Virus record (IMG/VR): IMGVR_UViG_3300021387_000299
Location: 1-64,000 of that record
Source: a virus
Lineage: Duplodnaviria > Caudoviricetes
Reading direction: 5' to 3' (one strand)
Length of the DNA: 64,000 nt
The notes under the pieces are model-generated. The model saw nothing but the letters and a program-made list of their open reading frames with translations, was not told the origin of the DNA and did not search any database. The position numbers and the translations under genes are program-made. Positions 38,531-50,200 of this stretch are shown here, piece after piece; position 1 is the stretch's first letter; the number at the start of each line of letters is the position of its first letter.

Positions 38531-39502
38531 ATGGCGATAAATTTACTTAACTTACAACCTCATAAAGTTTCTCGTGATTTATCTGGCTATATTACCTATG
38601 TATATGGAATTCCGAAGGTAGGTAAAACTACCTTCGGGTCACAGTTCCCAGGTGCACTTATCCTTGCTTTCGAAAGAGGTTATAATGCATTACCAGGTGT
38701 TATGGCTCAAGATATCACAACTTGGGGCGAATTTAAACAGGTACTAAGAGAATTAAAGAAGCCAGAAGTTCAGGCGATTTATAAATCAATTATTGTAGAT
38801 ACTGTAGACGTTGCAGCATCGCTTTGTGAAAAATATATCTGTAATCAGCTTGGTATTGAAAATATTGGTGATGGCGGCTGGAGCACAAACGGTTGGAGTA
38901 AATATAAGAAAGAATTTGAAGACTCTTTCCGAACAATTACTCAACTTGGATATGCAGTTTGCTTTATTTCTCACTCTGCTGATAAGACCTTTAAGCGCAA
39001 AGATGGAACTGAATATAATCAGATGATTCCAACAGCACAAAGAAGCGTAAATGAAATTGTTAAGGGTATGGCAGATATTTATGCTTGCGCAGATATTGTA
39101 AATGGAGAAAGAAAATTGATTCTACGTTCTCTTGATGGAACGGTTGATACTGGGTGTAGATTTAAATATATTGAACCTGAAATTCCATTTAGCTATACAG
39201 ATCTTGTCGAGGCTTTAAACAAGGCTATTGATAAGGAAGCAACAGAAACTCAGAATAAGTTTGTTACTAATGATAGAGTTACTGAAGTAATCGCTCCAAC
39301 CTATGACTACGATGCGCTCATGAATGAATTCCAGCAAGTAACTGGAGACTTGATGAGAAAAGATATGTCAAACGGTCCAAAAATTACTCAGATTGTCGAT
39401 AAGTATCTTGGTAAGGGTAAAAAGGTTTCTGAAACAACCAGAGATCAAGCAGAATTTATCAACTTAATTGTCGACGAAATCAAAGATACTCTAATGAAAT
39501 AA
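38531..39502 (+). CDS. AAA_24/Sak4-like ATPase
   Basis: YGIPKVGKTT, IIVDT, FISH. Confidence 0.8.
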   Translation: MAINLLNLQPHKVSRDLSGYITYVYGIPKVGKTTFGSQFPGALILAFERGYNALPGVMAQDITTWGEFKQVLRELKKPEVQAIYKSIIVDTVDVAASLCEKYICNQLGIENIGDGGWSTNGWSKYKKEFEDSFRTITQLGYAVCFISHSADKTFKRKDGTEYNQMIPTAQRSVNEIVKGMADIYACADIVNGERKLILRSLDGTVDTGCRFKYIEPEIPFSYTDLVEALNKAIDKEATETQNKFVTNDRVTEVIAPTYDYDALMNEFQQVTGDLMRKDMSNGPKITQIVDKYLGKGKKVSETTRDQAEFINLIVDEIKDTLMK

Positions 39503-39571
39503 TAAAACGAAGTCAAGCGCAGAGCTTGACTTTTTTATTTTATTATGATATAATAATATAAAGGAGTTAAT

Positions 39572-40096
39572 ATGGCTCATTATGTAAAGTGTAGAATCTG
39601 CGGCGAGCGTTTTGATACTGATGTTGAACCAACTGAAAAGCATGGTAAAACTTGGTATGCACATAAAAAATGCTATGATGAACGAGAAGCCGCAAAAACC
39701 CAAGAAGAAAAAGATCTTGACCATTTAATGGAGTATTGTGCTCGACTATATGGAAAACTTTTTAATTATAACCAAACATTAAAACTGGCAAAATCGTACC
39801 ATGAAAAAAATAATCTATCTTTTTCTGGTATGGAACGAACTATGAAATATGTATATGAAATAAAAAAAGAGCCAATAGAGAAAGGTAATGGCTCTATTGG
39901 AATAGTTCCATATATGTATGATAAAGCATATAACTACTGGTATTCAATTTGGCTCGCAAATCAAAATAATGAAGTAAAAATTTTAGAACGATATGAACCA
40001 AAAGTAATTGAAATCAAAATACCAGAGCCTATGCGCAAAATAAGAAAAAGAAAATTATTTACATTTTTAGATGAGGAGAGTATAGATGGTGAGTAA
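39572..40096 (+). CDS. Zn-finger protein, putative helicase loader/partner
   Basis: CRIC...H..C; directly upstream of dnaB. Confidence 0.6.
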   Translation: MAHYVKCRICGERFDTDVEPTEKHGKTWYAHKKCYDEREAAKTQEEKDLDHLMEYCARLYGKLFNYNQTLKLAKSYHEKNNLSFSGMERTMKYVYEIKKEPIEKGNGSIGIVPYMYDKAYNYWYSIWLANQNNEVKILERYEPKVIEIKIPEPMRKIRKRKLFTFLDEESIDGE

Positions 40097-41615
40097 ATAT
40101 ATAGATACTACTGCAATTGTTCAAGTTATTGGAAGCGTATTTATAAAACCACAATTACTTGATGAAACTGATAAATATGTAATTACAGAAGAAGATTTTG
40201 TTTCAGATTTTCATAGAGTTGTATTTGGTGCAATTTATAAAGTATATGAACTTGGCGCAGAATCTGTTACAATAGAGAATGTATGCGATTTTTTATCAAC
40301 AAAACCAAAAAGTCAGGCTGTTTTTACAGTAAATAAAGGAGAAGAATGGCTAAAAAACATTTCAGAAAAAGCTCTTCCTTCTGCATTTGATTTTTACTAT
40401 AACAGAATGAAAAAGATGACTCTTTTGAGAGCATATGATTCATATGGTATTGATGTAAATTTCATTTATAATCCAGATGAAATTGATACAAAGAAACTTC
40501 AGCTTCAAGAAGAACAACTTGATAATATGAGTTTATCTCAAATTGCCGATAAAGTTGATGCAATTGTAGATGCGATTCGTCTTGATTGTGTAAGTGACAC
40601 TTTTGGAGATACTCATCAGGCTGGAGAGGGTATTGATGCTCTGATTGACCGATTAATGATGTATCCAGAAGTTGGTTCACCATTATATGGCAAGTTTATC
40701 AATAGAGTTACTCGCGGCGCAAGACTTAAAAAATTCTATTTGCGTTCTGCGCCTACTGGAGTTGGTAAATCTCGTTCAATGATTGCCGATTGTTGCTATA
40801 TTGGCGCCGATATGATTTATGATGATATGCTGGGTTGGATTGGAAATGGTATTGCAGAGCCTTGTCTATATATCTCAACCGAGCAGGAATTAGAAGAAAT
40901 TCAAACCATGATGCTTGCTTTTTTATCTTCAGTAAATGAGGAACATATCATCAATAATCAATATGAAGGTGATGAAGTTGAGCGTGTGCGCAAGGCCGCA
41001 GAAATTTTAAAAAGATCTCCAATATATGTAGAAGAGTTACCAGACTTTTCACTTCAAGATGTTGAAGATAAAATTAAAAAAGGAATTCGAGAACATGGAG
41101 TAAAATATGTATTCCATGATTATATTCATACTTCAATGAAGATTTTGGAAGAAGTTACTCGTCGTTCAGGCGGTGTAAGATTAAGAGAAGATAACGTATT
41201 ATTCATGTTATCTATCAGATTAAAAGATATTTGTAATAAGTATGGAATTTTCATTGAATCCGCAACTCAGTTAAACGCAGATTATCAAGAATCAGAAACT
41301 CCAGATCAAAATTTGCTTCGTGGTGCAAAAGCCATTGCGGATAAAATTGACTATGGTAGTATTCTATTACCAGTAAATCAAAAAGATTTGGATTCACTTG
41401 ATACTCTTTTAAAACAGAATATCTATGAAAAACCTAACTTGAAATTATCTGTTTATAAAAACCGTAGAGGTCAATATAAAGGTATTTATCTTTGGTGCAA
41501 GGCAGATTTGGGAACTTGTAGAGTCAATCCTATGTTTGCAACGGATTGGCGCTATCAGTTAATTGAAATGGATGATTATCAAATTAAAGTAGAGCCAGGG
41601 GCATTTGATGATTAA
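40086..41615 (+). CDS. dnaB: replicative DnaB-like helicase
   Basis: APTGVGKS, STE, DYIH, TQLN, KNRRG. Confidence 0.9.
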   Translation: MVSKYIDTTAIVQVIGSVFIKPQLLDETDKYVITEEDFVSDFHRVVFGAIYKVYELGAESVTIENVCDFLSTKPKSQAVFTVNKGEEWLKNISEKALPSAFDFYYNRMKKMTLLRAYDSYGIDVNFIYNPDEIDTKKLQLQEEQLDNMSLSQIADKVDAIVDAIRLDCVSDTFGDTHQAGEGIDALIDRLMMYPEVGSPLYGKFINRVTRGARLKKFYLRSAPTGVGKSRSMIADCCYIGADMIYDDMLGWIGNGIAEPCLYISTEQELEEIQTMMLAFLSSVNEEHIINNQYEGDEVERVRKAAEILKRSPIYVEELPDFSLQDVEDKIKKGIREHGVKYVFHDYIHTSMKILEEVTRRSGGVRLREDNVLFMLSIRLKDICNKYGIFIESATQLNADYQESETPDQNLLRGAKAIADKIDYGSILLPVNQKDLDSLDTLLKQNIYEKPNLKLSVYKNRRGQYKGIYLWCKADLGTCRVNPMFATDWRYQLIEMDDYQIKVEPGAFDD

Positions 41616-41802
41616 ACGAAGAAAAATGCACCCAGAACCGCCCAAATGGTTTCATTTAGACAATGATTGCTGTTGGTGGTGTAAAAAGAATTATTCGTCT
41701 TGTAGCGGATGCGGCAGAATGCGAAAACGAATGAAAACTAAAAGGAGTATTGAACGTGATAAATTACGACAAGCAAGAAATAAAGGATGCTTTGACTACT
41801 AG
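41605..41802 (+). CDS. small Cys-rich basic protein
   Basis: CCWWC..CSGC; overlaps both neighbours. Confidence 0.5.
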   Translation: MMIKRRKMHPEPPKWFHLDNDCCWWCKKNYSSCSGCGRMRKRMKTKRSIERDKLRQARNKGCFDY

Positions 41803-42856
41803 TGATATATTCGATCTCCTTCTTGAATGGGGAGGAGATCCTCAATATGCCAGTTTTGGCATTCTTGCAGAAACTATAGACCATAATCCGCCAGGAGAAG
41901 GAAGTCGCAAACTATATTATTACGAAAATAGTGGACTTTTTAAATCATATACTGGTGGAGATGATACGTTTGATATATTTGAACTTGCAATGAAAGTATA
42001 TGAAATCCAAAAGAAGCAAATACTCAATTTAAATGATGCAATTAGATTGGTTGCTTTTAGATTTGGAATTTCTGGTTCATTTGTTCTTGAAGAAAAACAG
42101 GAATTAGAAGATTGGTCTATATTTAGTAATTATGATAGAATCCAACAGATTGAAGTAAAGAAATACGATGTTGTATTACAGCAATATAATAAAAATATAT
42201 TAAAAGTATTTAACTACGATTTAAAAATAGTTCCATGGCTAAATGAAAATATAACACAGGAAATATTAGATTTTAATAAAATCGGTTATTTCCCCGGCGG
42301 AAACCAGATTACAATTCCTCATTATGACCAGAATGGACGGCTCGTAGGTATCCGCGGCCGCACATTGAGTAAAGAAGATGGCGAAATTTATGGAAAATAT
42401 CGTCCATTGATTGTAAACAAAGTTATGTATAATCATCCTCTTGGAATGAATTTATATAACTTAAATAATTCTAAAAATAATATTAAAAATACTGGTCGTG
42501 CTATTATATTTGAAGGAGAGAAATCTTGTTTAAAATACCAGTCATATTTTGGAAATGAGAATGATGTTTCAGTAGCTTGCTGTGGTAGTAATATCTCTGG
42601 TTATCAGATAAATTTATTACTAGAGCTTGGCGCAAGAGAAATCATTGTAGCATTGGATCGTCAGTTTCAAGATATAGGCGATGATGAATTTAAAAAATTG
42701 ACAAAGAATTTAATAAAATTATATAATAAATATGGGAATTATGTAAAAATTACCTTTATATTTGATAAACATATGATAACTGGATATAAAGATTCTCCTA
42801 TTGATAATGGAAAAGAAAAATTCTTACAGCTATTAAAAGAAAGGATTTCATTATAA
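41750..42856 (+). CDS. dnaG: DNA primase
   Basis: IPH...GIRGR, KY, FEGEKS, ALD TOPRIM motifs. Confidence 0.85.
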   Translation: MNVINYDKQEIKDALTTSDIFDLLLEWGGDPQYASFGILAETIDHNPPGEGSRKLYYYENSGLFKSYTGGDDTFDIFELAMKVYEIQKKQILNLNDAIRLVAFRFGISGSFVLEEKQELEDWSIFSNYDRIQQIEVKKYDVVLQQYNKNILKVFNYDLKIVPWLNENITQEILDFNKIGYFPGGNQITIPHYDQNGRLVGIRGRTLSKEDGEIYGKYRPLIVNKVMYNHPLGMNLYNLNNSKNNIKNTGRAIIFEGEKSCLKYQSYFGNENDVSVACCGSNISGYQINLLLELGAREIIVALDRQFQDIGDDEFKKLTKNLIKLYNKYGNYVKITFIFDKHMITGYKDSPIDNGKEKFLQLLKERISL

Positions 42857-43563
42857 TGGATAGAAAAGAACATATTCTTAATATAGAAAAAAAGTTTAAA
42901 TATGAACTTATCCAATGCTTTCTTGATAGCGTAATTTATACTAATTTTTCCCACTTTAAAGATAAAACAAAGGAGAAACATTGTCCAAATATACAAATAT
43001 TGGATAATATTGGTTCTATAGAAAGTATACCATATGGCACTGGTAAAATTGCACTATTAGTATTTGCTGATCCATATTTATGTGGTGGTTTATATTTCCA
43101 AGGCGCAACAACCCAAGAGGAAAGAATATGCGATGAAACCACTTTATATAATATTTTATTTAGATTTAAACGATTGGGATATTATAATTTAAACAGATGT
43201 ATTTGTGCGGCGGATCCTGTAGATTATAATAAAAATTGCATTTATATTCCTAATGTCAGAGTTTTATCTACAAACCAAAAAATTAATATCATTCACTGTG
43301 CAGCCCCAAATGCAGAAACTCAATTAAATACAAGTGTTGAAATGGCAAATCAAATTGCTTTAATACATAATGTTGCTTGTGAAAATGATATAAATACATT
43401 AATTTTGGGTATGTTTGGATGTGGGGCATTTGAAAACGATCCCAAAATGGTTGGAAGTATTTTTAAGAAAGAATTTGAAACAAGCCCTATAAATAAAATT
43501 ATATTTCCAATGTATGAAAGTGATGAATATAAAAAGAATGAATTTTTAAAAGGACTACTTTAA
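42856..43563 (+). CDS. PARG/macrodomain protein (TIGR02452-like)
   Basis: FA...GG..GATTQEE, AAPN, LILGMFGCGAFENDP. Confidence 0.8.
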   Translation: MDRKEHILNIEKKFKYELIQCFLDSVIYTNFSHFKDKTKEKHCPNIQILDNIGSIESIPYGTGKIALLVFADPYLCGGLYFQGATTQEERICDETTLYNILFRFKRLGYYNLNRCICAADPVDYNKNCIYIPNVRVLSTNQKINIIHCAAPNAETQLNTSVEMANQIALIHNVACENDINTLILGMFGCGAFENDPKMVGSIFKKEFETSPINKIIFPMYESDEYKKNEFLKGLL

Positions 43564-43565
43564 TT

Positions 43566-45305
43566 ATGCAATATAAATTAATAAATGAAGAAAATACACA
43601 AGGTTCAGCCTTATATAGAGTTTTACGAAATAGAGGGATTAAAGACCCTTATCATTATTTAAATACAACAGATGAAGATATTATTGATCCAGCAACGATT
43701 CATAATATGCGAGAATCTGCTCAAAAGTTAATGCAGCATGTAGCTGCTGAACACGATATATTTATTAATGTGGATAGTGACTGTGATGGTTATACAAGTT
43801 CAGCATTTTTAATAAATTATCTATATCATATCTTTCCAAGTTTCTCAACATCACATATTACTTGGGGAATGCATACAGATAAAGGCCACGGATTATTAAT
43901 GGATCAGATTTTAGCAAAAAAACCACAATTAGTTATTTGTCCAGATGCAGGGAGTGAAGAATATGAAAAACATAAAGAACTTGTCGAAAACAAAATTGAC
44001 CTTATTATCATTGACCATCATAACGCTGATCATTACAGCGAATTCGGAACCGTCATTAATAATCAACTTGATGGTGGCTATCCCACAAAATCTCTCAGTG
44101 GCGTGGGGATGGTTTATAAATTCTGTTCCTACCTTGATCAGCTTGGGGAGACCTCATACGCCGATGAGTTGCTAGATATTGCGGCCCTTGGTCTTATTGC
44201 CGATGTAATGCCATTAAGGGATTATGAAACCAGAAGATTAATAGATAAAGGACTATCCAATATTGAAAATCCTTTTATCAAAGCAATGGTGGCTAAAAAC
44301 GAATATTCATTAAAGGGAAAAGTTACTCCAACTGGAGTTGCCTGGTATATTGCGCCGGCCGTTAATGCAGTAACAAGAGTTGGCACACAAAAAGAAAAGG
44401 AAATCTTATTTGAATCTTTCTTGAATCACAAAGCATATACTCTAATTTCTTCTACCAAAAGAGGGCATAAAGTTGGTGATACAGAAACCGTCGTTGAACA
44501 GGCATGCCGAGTTTGCAATAACGCTAAAAATAGACAGAATAAAACAAGAGACGCATTAGTAGAAAGTATTGATTTTCAGATTAAAAATGAACATCTTTTG
44601 GACAATAAAATCTTATTTGTTAAGATTGATGCGCCAACAGAGGATAGTAGAACTATTACAGGTTTAATTGCCAACAAATTAATGTCTACATATGGGCATC
44701 CTGTAATGCTGTTAAATAAAACTTTTGATGAAGAAACTGGCGAATTAACATGGTCTGGCTCAGGTAGGAATAATCCAACAGCTGGAGTTGAATCATTACA
44801 GCAATTGGCAAAAGATAGTGGTTATTTCACCCTTGCGCAAGGACATGACAACGCACTTGGTTTATCTATTCCTGATTCAAACGTTGAGAAATTCTTGGTT
44901 TATAGCAATGCACTATTGAAAGATTGTAAATTTACTCCAGTTTATAATGTAGATATTGAATTCTTGGCAAATAAAATTGATAAAGCAGATATACTTGAAT
45001 TGGCCGATGCAAACAGTGTTTGGGGACAAGAAGTAGATGAGCCTCTTGTTGCAATAAAGAATGTTTCAATTACTAAAAACAATTTAAATTTATTTGGTTC
45101 AACATTAAAGATTGGTTTACCAGATAATATTTCTATCGTCAAATTTAAGAGTTCTCAAGACGAATTTGATGCATTAAATCCTGGCGAAGGATGTATTATT
45201 ATTGATGTAGTTGGCAGATGCATGAGAAATACTGGCTGGGATAATGAACCTCAAATTATATTAGAAGATTATGAAATCGTGCGCAAACAAGAATATTATT
45301 TCTAA
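43566..45305 (+). CDS. recJ: RecJ-like ssDNA exonuclease
   Basis: DSDCDG, DHH, GSGR, QGH. Confidence 0.9.
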   Translation: MQYKLINEENTQGSALYRVLRNRGIKDPYHYLNTTDEDIIDPATIHNMRESAQKLMQHVAAEHDIFINVDSDCDGYTSSAFLINYLYHIFPSFSTSHITWGMHTDKGHGLLMDQILAKKPQLVICPDAGSEEYEKHKELVENKIDLIIIDHHNADHYSEFGTVINNQLDGGYPTKSLSGVGMVYKFCSYLDQLGETSYADELLDIAALGLIADVMPLRDYETRRLIDKGLSNIENPFIKAMVAKNEYSLKGKVTPTGVAWYIAPAVNAVTRVGTQKEKEILFESFLNHKAYTLISSTKRGHKVGDTETVVEQACRVCNNAKNRQNKTRDALVESIDFQIKNEHLLDNKILFVKIDAPTEDSRTITGLIANKLMSTYGHPVMLLNKTFDEETGELTWSGSGRNNPTAGVESLQQLAKDSGYFTLAQGHDNALGLSIPDSNVEKFLVYSNALLKDCKFTPVYNVDIEFLANKIDKADILELADANSVWGQEVDEPLVAIKNVSITKNNLNLFGSTLKIGLPDNISIVKFKSSQDEFDALNPGEGCIIIDVVGRCMRNTGWDNEPQIILEDYEIVRKQEYYF

Positions 45306-45397
45306 TTTGAAAGTGCGATTAAGCTGCTCCGGCCGGCACTGGGTGTGTGCGCCGACAGCAGGAATAAAAATCCCTTTGGGAAATTTTGGAGGTAAAT

Positions 45398-45661
45398 ATG
45401 AGTAAAACGATAAATACCAATATTAAGTTTGGATATGGATCAGGGACAGGAGACTGGACTGGCATAGAAGATTCTAAAACATCTGAGCCATATTCTGGAG
45501 GTTGGTGGGGAATATACCCGCCCTATCCGCCATACTATGAAATATGTTGGCATAGACTACCTTGCGGTGATTGCCAATTGACTGGACGACCATGTACGCA
45601 TGATGGGTATTATACAACAAATACATACAAAATTACAAGCGATACAAAAACAGAGGATTAA
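45398..45661 (+). CDS. hypothetical protein
   Basis: RBS ggaggt; CWHRLPCGDC. Confidence 0.6.
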   Translation: MSKTINTNIKFGYGSGTGDWTGIEDSKTSEPYSGGWWGIYPPYPPYYEICWHRLPCGDCQLTGRPCTHDGYYTTNTYKITSDTKTED

Positions 45662-45727
45662 ATCCTCTTTTTTGTATTTTTGAATAAAATATGATATAAT
45701 AAATATATAAAAAGAAAGGTAACAAAT

Positions 45728-46018
45728 ATGATAGAAATTAAGGGTTCAAAATATCAATTAGATAATTTAAAAGAAATAATTGAGAATGGATTAATGCACA
45801 CGCGAGATCCTTTGGGATGCGAACCATGCTGCAGATTAGATGAAGATGATCCTCATTATAATGATTGTAAATACTGTTTTCATAATTATGTAGACAATAT
45901 TCTTGAATGGTATAACTCAGATACTGAATGTATTCGACATGATGAAAATGGCAAATGGCGACAGTACCCAGCTGAAAAAATAAAGTGGAATAAAGGTGAT
46001 AATATATGGAAGATATAA
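45728..46018 (+). CDS. hypothetical protein
   Basis: Promoter and RBS aaaggt. Confidence 0.65.
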   Translation: MIEIKGSKYQLDNLKEIIENGLMHTRDPLGCEPCCRLDEDDPHYNDCKYCFHNYVDNILEWYNSDTECIRHDENGKWRQYPAEKIKWNKGDNIWKI

Positions 46019-47211
46019 TCTTGACAGAAAAGCAAAAAATAGGGTTAGAATTGGCAGTAGAACGATATAATCAACATAAGCCATATACCTGTATATCAGG
46101 ATATGCCGGATCAGGAAAAAGCACACTTGTTAAATTTATAATTCAGGCATTAGGCATCGCGCCATATGATGTCTGTTTTATTGCATATACTGGCAAGGCC
46201 GCCTTGGTTTTAAAAGAAAAAGGTAATTTAAATGCAATGACCGCGCACAAGTTACTTTATCAATCCTATCCAAAATCAGATGGGACATTCTTTCATATGC
46301 CGCGCAAACCTCTTGAATATCCATATAAATTAATTGTAGTAGATGAAGTATCAATGCTACCAAAAGATATGTGGGAATTACTATTGAGCCATAAAATTTA
46401 TGTAATTGCGCTGGGTGATCCCGGACAGTTACCTCCTTTAACGGATGATAATGGTGTCTTACAGAAACCGCATGTTTTCTTAGATGAAATTATGCGCCAA
46501 GCCCAAGAGTCAGAAATTATTCGAGTATCTATGGATATTCGAGCTGGAAAATCTTTGCCTAAATTTAGAGGAAAAGAAGTTCAAATTATTGATAAAGAAG
46601 ATCTTGTCAGCGGAATGCTGCAATGGGCGGATCAAATCATTGTAGCAAAGAACACCACAAGACATTACTACAATGATCTAATGCGTGATTATATTTTTGG
46701 CGAGCATCCTAAAACTCCATTGGAAGGAGATAAGGTAATTTGTTTGCGCAATGACTGGAATACTATCACGCCTCTTGGAGATGTTTTAGTAAATGGATTA
46801 ACTGGATATCTTAGTAATATCACATATGAAGATAATCACTATATGCCAGCGCAAATTAGAAAGCAGATGCCAATGCTGATGTATGCCGACTTTATTCCAG
46901 ATCATTATGAAGATAATTCTCCGCAAGTGTTATATGGTGATGGAGTATTTGATCAAGTCAATATGGACTACAAATTATTCACAGAGTGGCAACCAACAGT
47001 GAATAAAGATAATTTTAGAAAGATCCCACAAAAGATGAAACCGCATGAATTTGACTATGGATATGCAATTACCGCACATAAATCTCAAGGTTCTGAATAT
47101 GATAAGGTTTTAGTTTTTGAAGAGGATTTCCCTCGTGGAGATGAACATAAACGTTGGTTATATACAGCGGTAACTAGAGCTAAAGAGAAATTAGTTATAG
47201 TGAGAAAGTAG
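46006..47211 (+). CDS. RecD/Dda-like SF1B helicase
   Basis: GYAGSGKS, DEVSM, GDPGQL, YAITAHKSQGSE, YTAVTRA. Confidence 0.92.
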   Translation: MEDIILTEKQKIGLELAVERYNQHKPYTCISGYAGSGKSTLVKFIIQALGIAPYDVCFIAYTGKAALVLKEKGNLNAMTAHKLLYQSYPKSDGTFFHMPRKPLEYPYKLIVVDEVSMLPKDMWELLLSHKIYVIALGDPGQLPPLTDDNGVLQKPHVFLDEIMRQAQESEIIRVSMDIRAGKSLPKFRGKEVQIIDKEDLVSGMLQWADQIIVAKNTTRHYYNDLMRDYIFGEHPKTPLEGDKVICLRNDWNTITPLGDVLVNGLTGYLSNITYEDNHYMPAQIRKQMPMLMYADFIPDHYEDNSPQVLYGDGVFDQVNMDYKLFTEWQPTVNKDNFRKIPQKMKPHEFDYGYAITAHKSQGSEYDKVLVFEEDFPRGDEHKRWLYTAVTRAKEKLVIVRK

Positions 47212-47264
47212 CCTTGCCATTCAATAAAAATTATGGTATAATAATATAAAGAGAGGTGTAAGAA

Positions 47265-50200
47265 ATGATTCCTCGTTTTGAAGTTCACTCACATAGTCAT
47301 TATAGTAATTTTAGAATTATTGATAGCATTAATAAGCCAAAAGATTTAATTAACCGAGCGATAGAGCTCGGTCTTTCTGGCATTGCATTAACCGACCATG
47401 AAACATTGGCTGGCGCACCGGAAATTAATCTTTATGCGCAAGAAATTCAGAAAACAAATCCGAATTTTAAAATCGCTATTGGTAATGAGATTTATCTTAC
47501 AGAAACAAGAGAAAAAGGTCAGAAGTATTATCATTTTATTTTAATTAGTAAAGATAAGATTGGTTGGAGAATGTTAAGAGAATTATCTTCTAATTCTTGG
47601 ATGCAAAGTTATTCTGATCGAGGATTGGAAAGAGTTCCAACTTTATATTCTGAACTTGAAGAAATTGTAAATAAATATGGTAAGGGTCATTTAATCGCGA
47701 CAAGTGCTTGTATTGGTGGAGAATTATCTTCAACAATTTTAGAACTTATTAAAGCAGAAAAAAAATGTAAAATTCAAAATGAATATGAAAATGTGTATAA
47801 TATAAAAACAAAAATACACTGGTTTATGACCTTTATGAACAGTTTATTTGGAGATGATTTTTATTGTGAAATTGCGCCAGGAATGTCCCCAGAACAGATT
47901 GCAGTTAACAATAGAATGATTTCAATTGCAAATGCGTATAATAAAAAGATTGTCATTGGAACTGATGCTCATTATCTTAAAAAAGAAGATAGATATGTTC
48001 ATGAAGCATATCTTAATTCAAAAGATGGTGAACGAGAGGTTGCATCATTTTATGAATATGCATATCTTCAATCAGAGGAAGATATTAGAAAACATTTAGA
48101 ACCAACTGAATTAGATTATGAAGAATTGTGTGAAAACTCAATAGAAATTTATAATAAAATTGAGAATTATTCAATTCAACATAAGCAAACAATTCCAAGA
48201 GTTAAAGTTAAAGATTATCCTAAAGTTACTTTTGATACATTTCCAGAGACACATCCAATATTAAATGAGATGTCTCATTCAGATGATATATATGAAAGAT
48301 ATTGGGTTTGGGAATGTGTTAATAAATTAGATCAAATAGGAAAATTTAACGAACAATATCTTTCACGACTGGAAGAAGAGGCTGATGTAAAGAAAACGAT
48401 TGGCGAAAAACTTGGAACAAATATGTTCTGTTATCCAATCACTCTTCAGCATTACATTGATATGTTCTGGGATTGTGGAAGTATGGTAGGCGCTGGTCGT
48501 GGTTCCTCATGCTCTGGTTTAAATCATTATTTATTAGGAGTAACCCAACTTGATCCAATCAAATGGAATCTTCCATTCTTTAGATATTTAAATAAAGAAA
48601 GAGTCGAATTGGGTGATATTGATATTGATTTATGTCCATCGAAGCGTCCAATGATTATTGAAAAAATTAAAGAAGAAAGAGGTCAGCATTTTAATCCAGA
48701 TGTTAGTGATTTAGCTCGAAAAAATCTTGGTTGTACTTTAATTGCGACATATGGAACAGAGTCAACAAAAAGCGCAATTTTAACAGCTTGTAGAGGTTAT
48801 AGATCTGAAGAATTTAAGAATGGAATTGACGTTGATCAAGCACAATATTTGTCAGCATTAGTTCCATCAGAAAGAGGATTCGTCTGGCCTTTGGAAGATG
48901 TTGTATATGGAAATGCGGAAAAAGATCGTCAGCCAATTACTCAATTCGTTAATGAAGTAAATAATTATCCAGGTTTGCTTGATATTATGATGGGTATCCA
49001 AGGATTAGTTAAGCAGAGAGGTTCTCATGCTTCTGGTGTTATTTTCTTTGACGAAGATCCGTATGAGTTCGGTGCATTTATGAAAACACCTGGTGGAGAT
49101 ATTATTACACAATTTGATCTTCATATGTGCGAAAGTCTTGGAATGACAAAATTCGATTTCTTAGTCACCGATGTTCAGGATAAATTAGTTGAAACAATTA
49201 ATTTGTTACAGAAGAATGGAGAAATTGAATCTGATTTATCTTTAAGACAAATTTATGATAAATATTTCCATCCAGAAATAATTCCATTAGATTATAAACC
49301 GGCATGGGATGCGATTGAAACTGGTGGTGTAATTAATATTTTCCAGTTTGATTCAGCAGTAGGAGCACAGGCCGCAAAGAAAATTCAGCCAAAAACAATT
49401 CTTGAGTTGGCGGATGCAAATGGTTTGATGAGACTTATGACGGCAGAAAAGGGTGCAGAAACACCAATGGATAAATATGTTCGTTATAAGAAAAATATTG
49501 GTTTATGGTATGAAGAAATGCGTAAAGCTGGATTAAGTCCAGAAGAACAAAAAACTTTAGAGCCATATTTCTTATCTTCATATGGAGTGCCACCAAGCCA
49601 AGAGCAGTTAATGAGAATGTTGATGGATGAAAATATCTGCGGTTTTGGTCTCGCGGAAGCAAACGCCGCACGTAAGATCGTTGGTAAAAAACAGATGAAT
49701 AAAATTCCAGCGTTGAGAGAAAAAGTTTTAACTCAGGCAAAGAGTCCTCAGTTAGGCAGATATGTCTGGCAGTATGGAGTCGGTCCGCAGATGGGTTATT
49801 CATTCTCAATTATTCATGCATTAGCTTATTCATTCATTGGTTATCAAACAGCATATATTGGAACAAGATTTAATCCGATTTATTGGAATACAGCTTGTTT
49901 AACAGTTAATAGTGGATCTATTGGTGGCGGATCAACAGATTATAAAAAGATGGCAAAGGCTCTTGGTGATATTATGAGCGCAGGCATTAAGGTAAGTCTT
50001 GTAGATATTAATAAATCAGCATTGGGTTTTGAACCAGATATTGAAAATAATCAGATTTTGTTTGGTTTAAAGAGTATGTTAAATGTTGGTGATGATGTCA
50101 TTGAGAGAACAATTGCAATGCGTCCATATGCTTCACCGAAAGATTATTTGTTAAGAGTAAAACCGAATAAACAGGCAATGATTAGTTTGATTAAGGGTGG

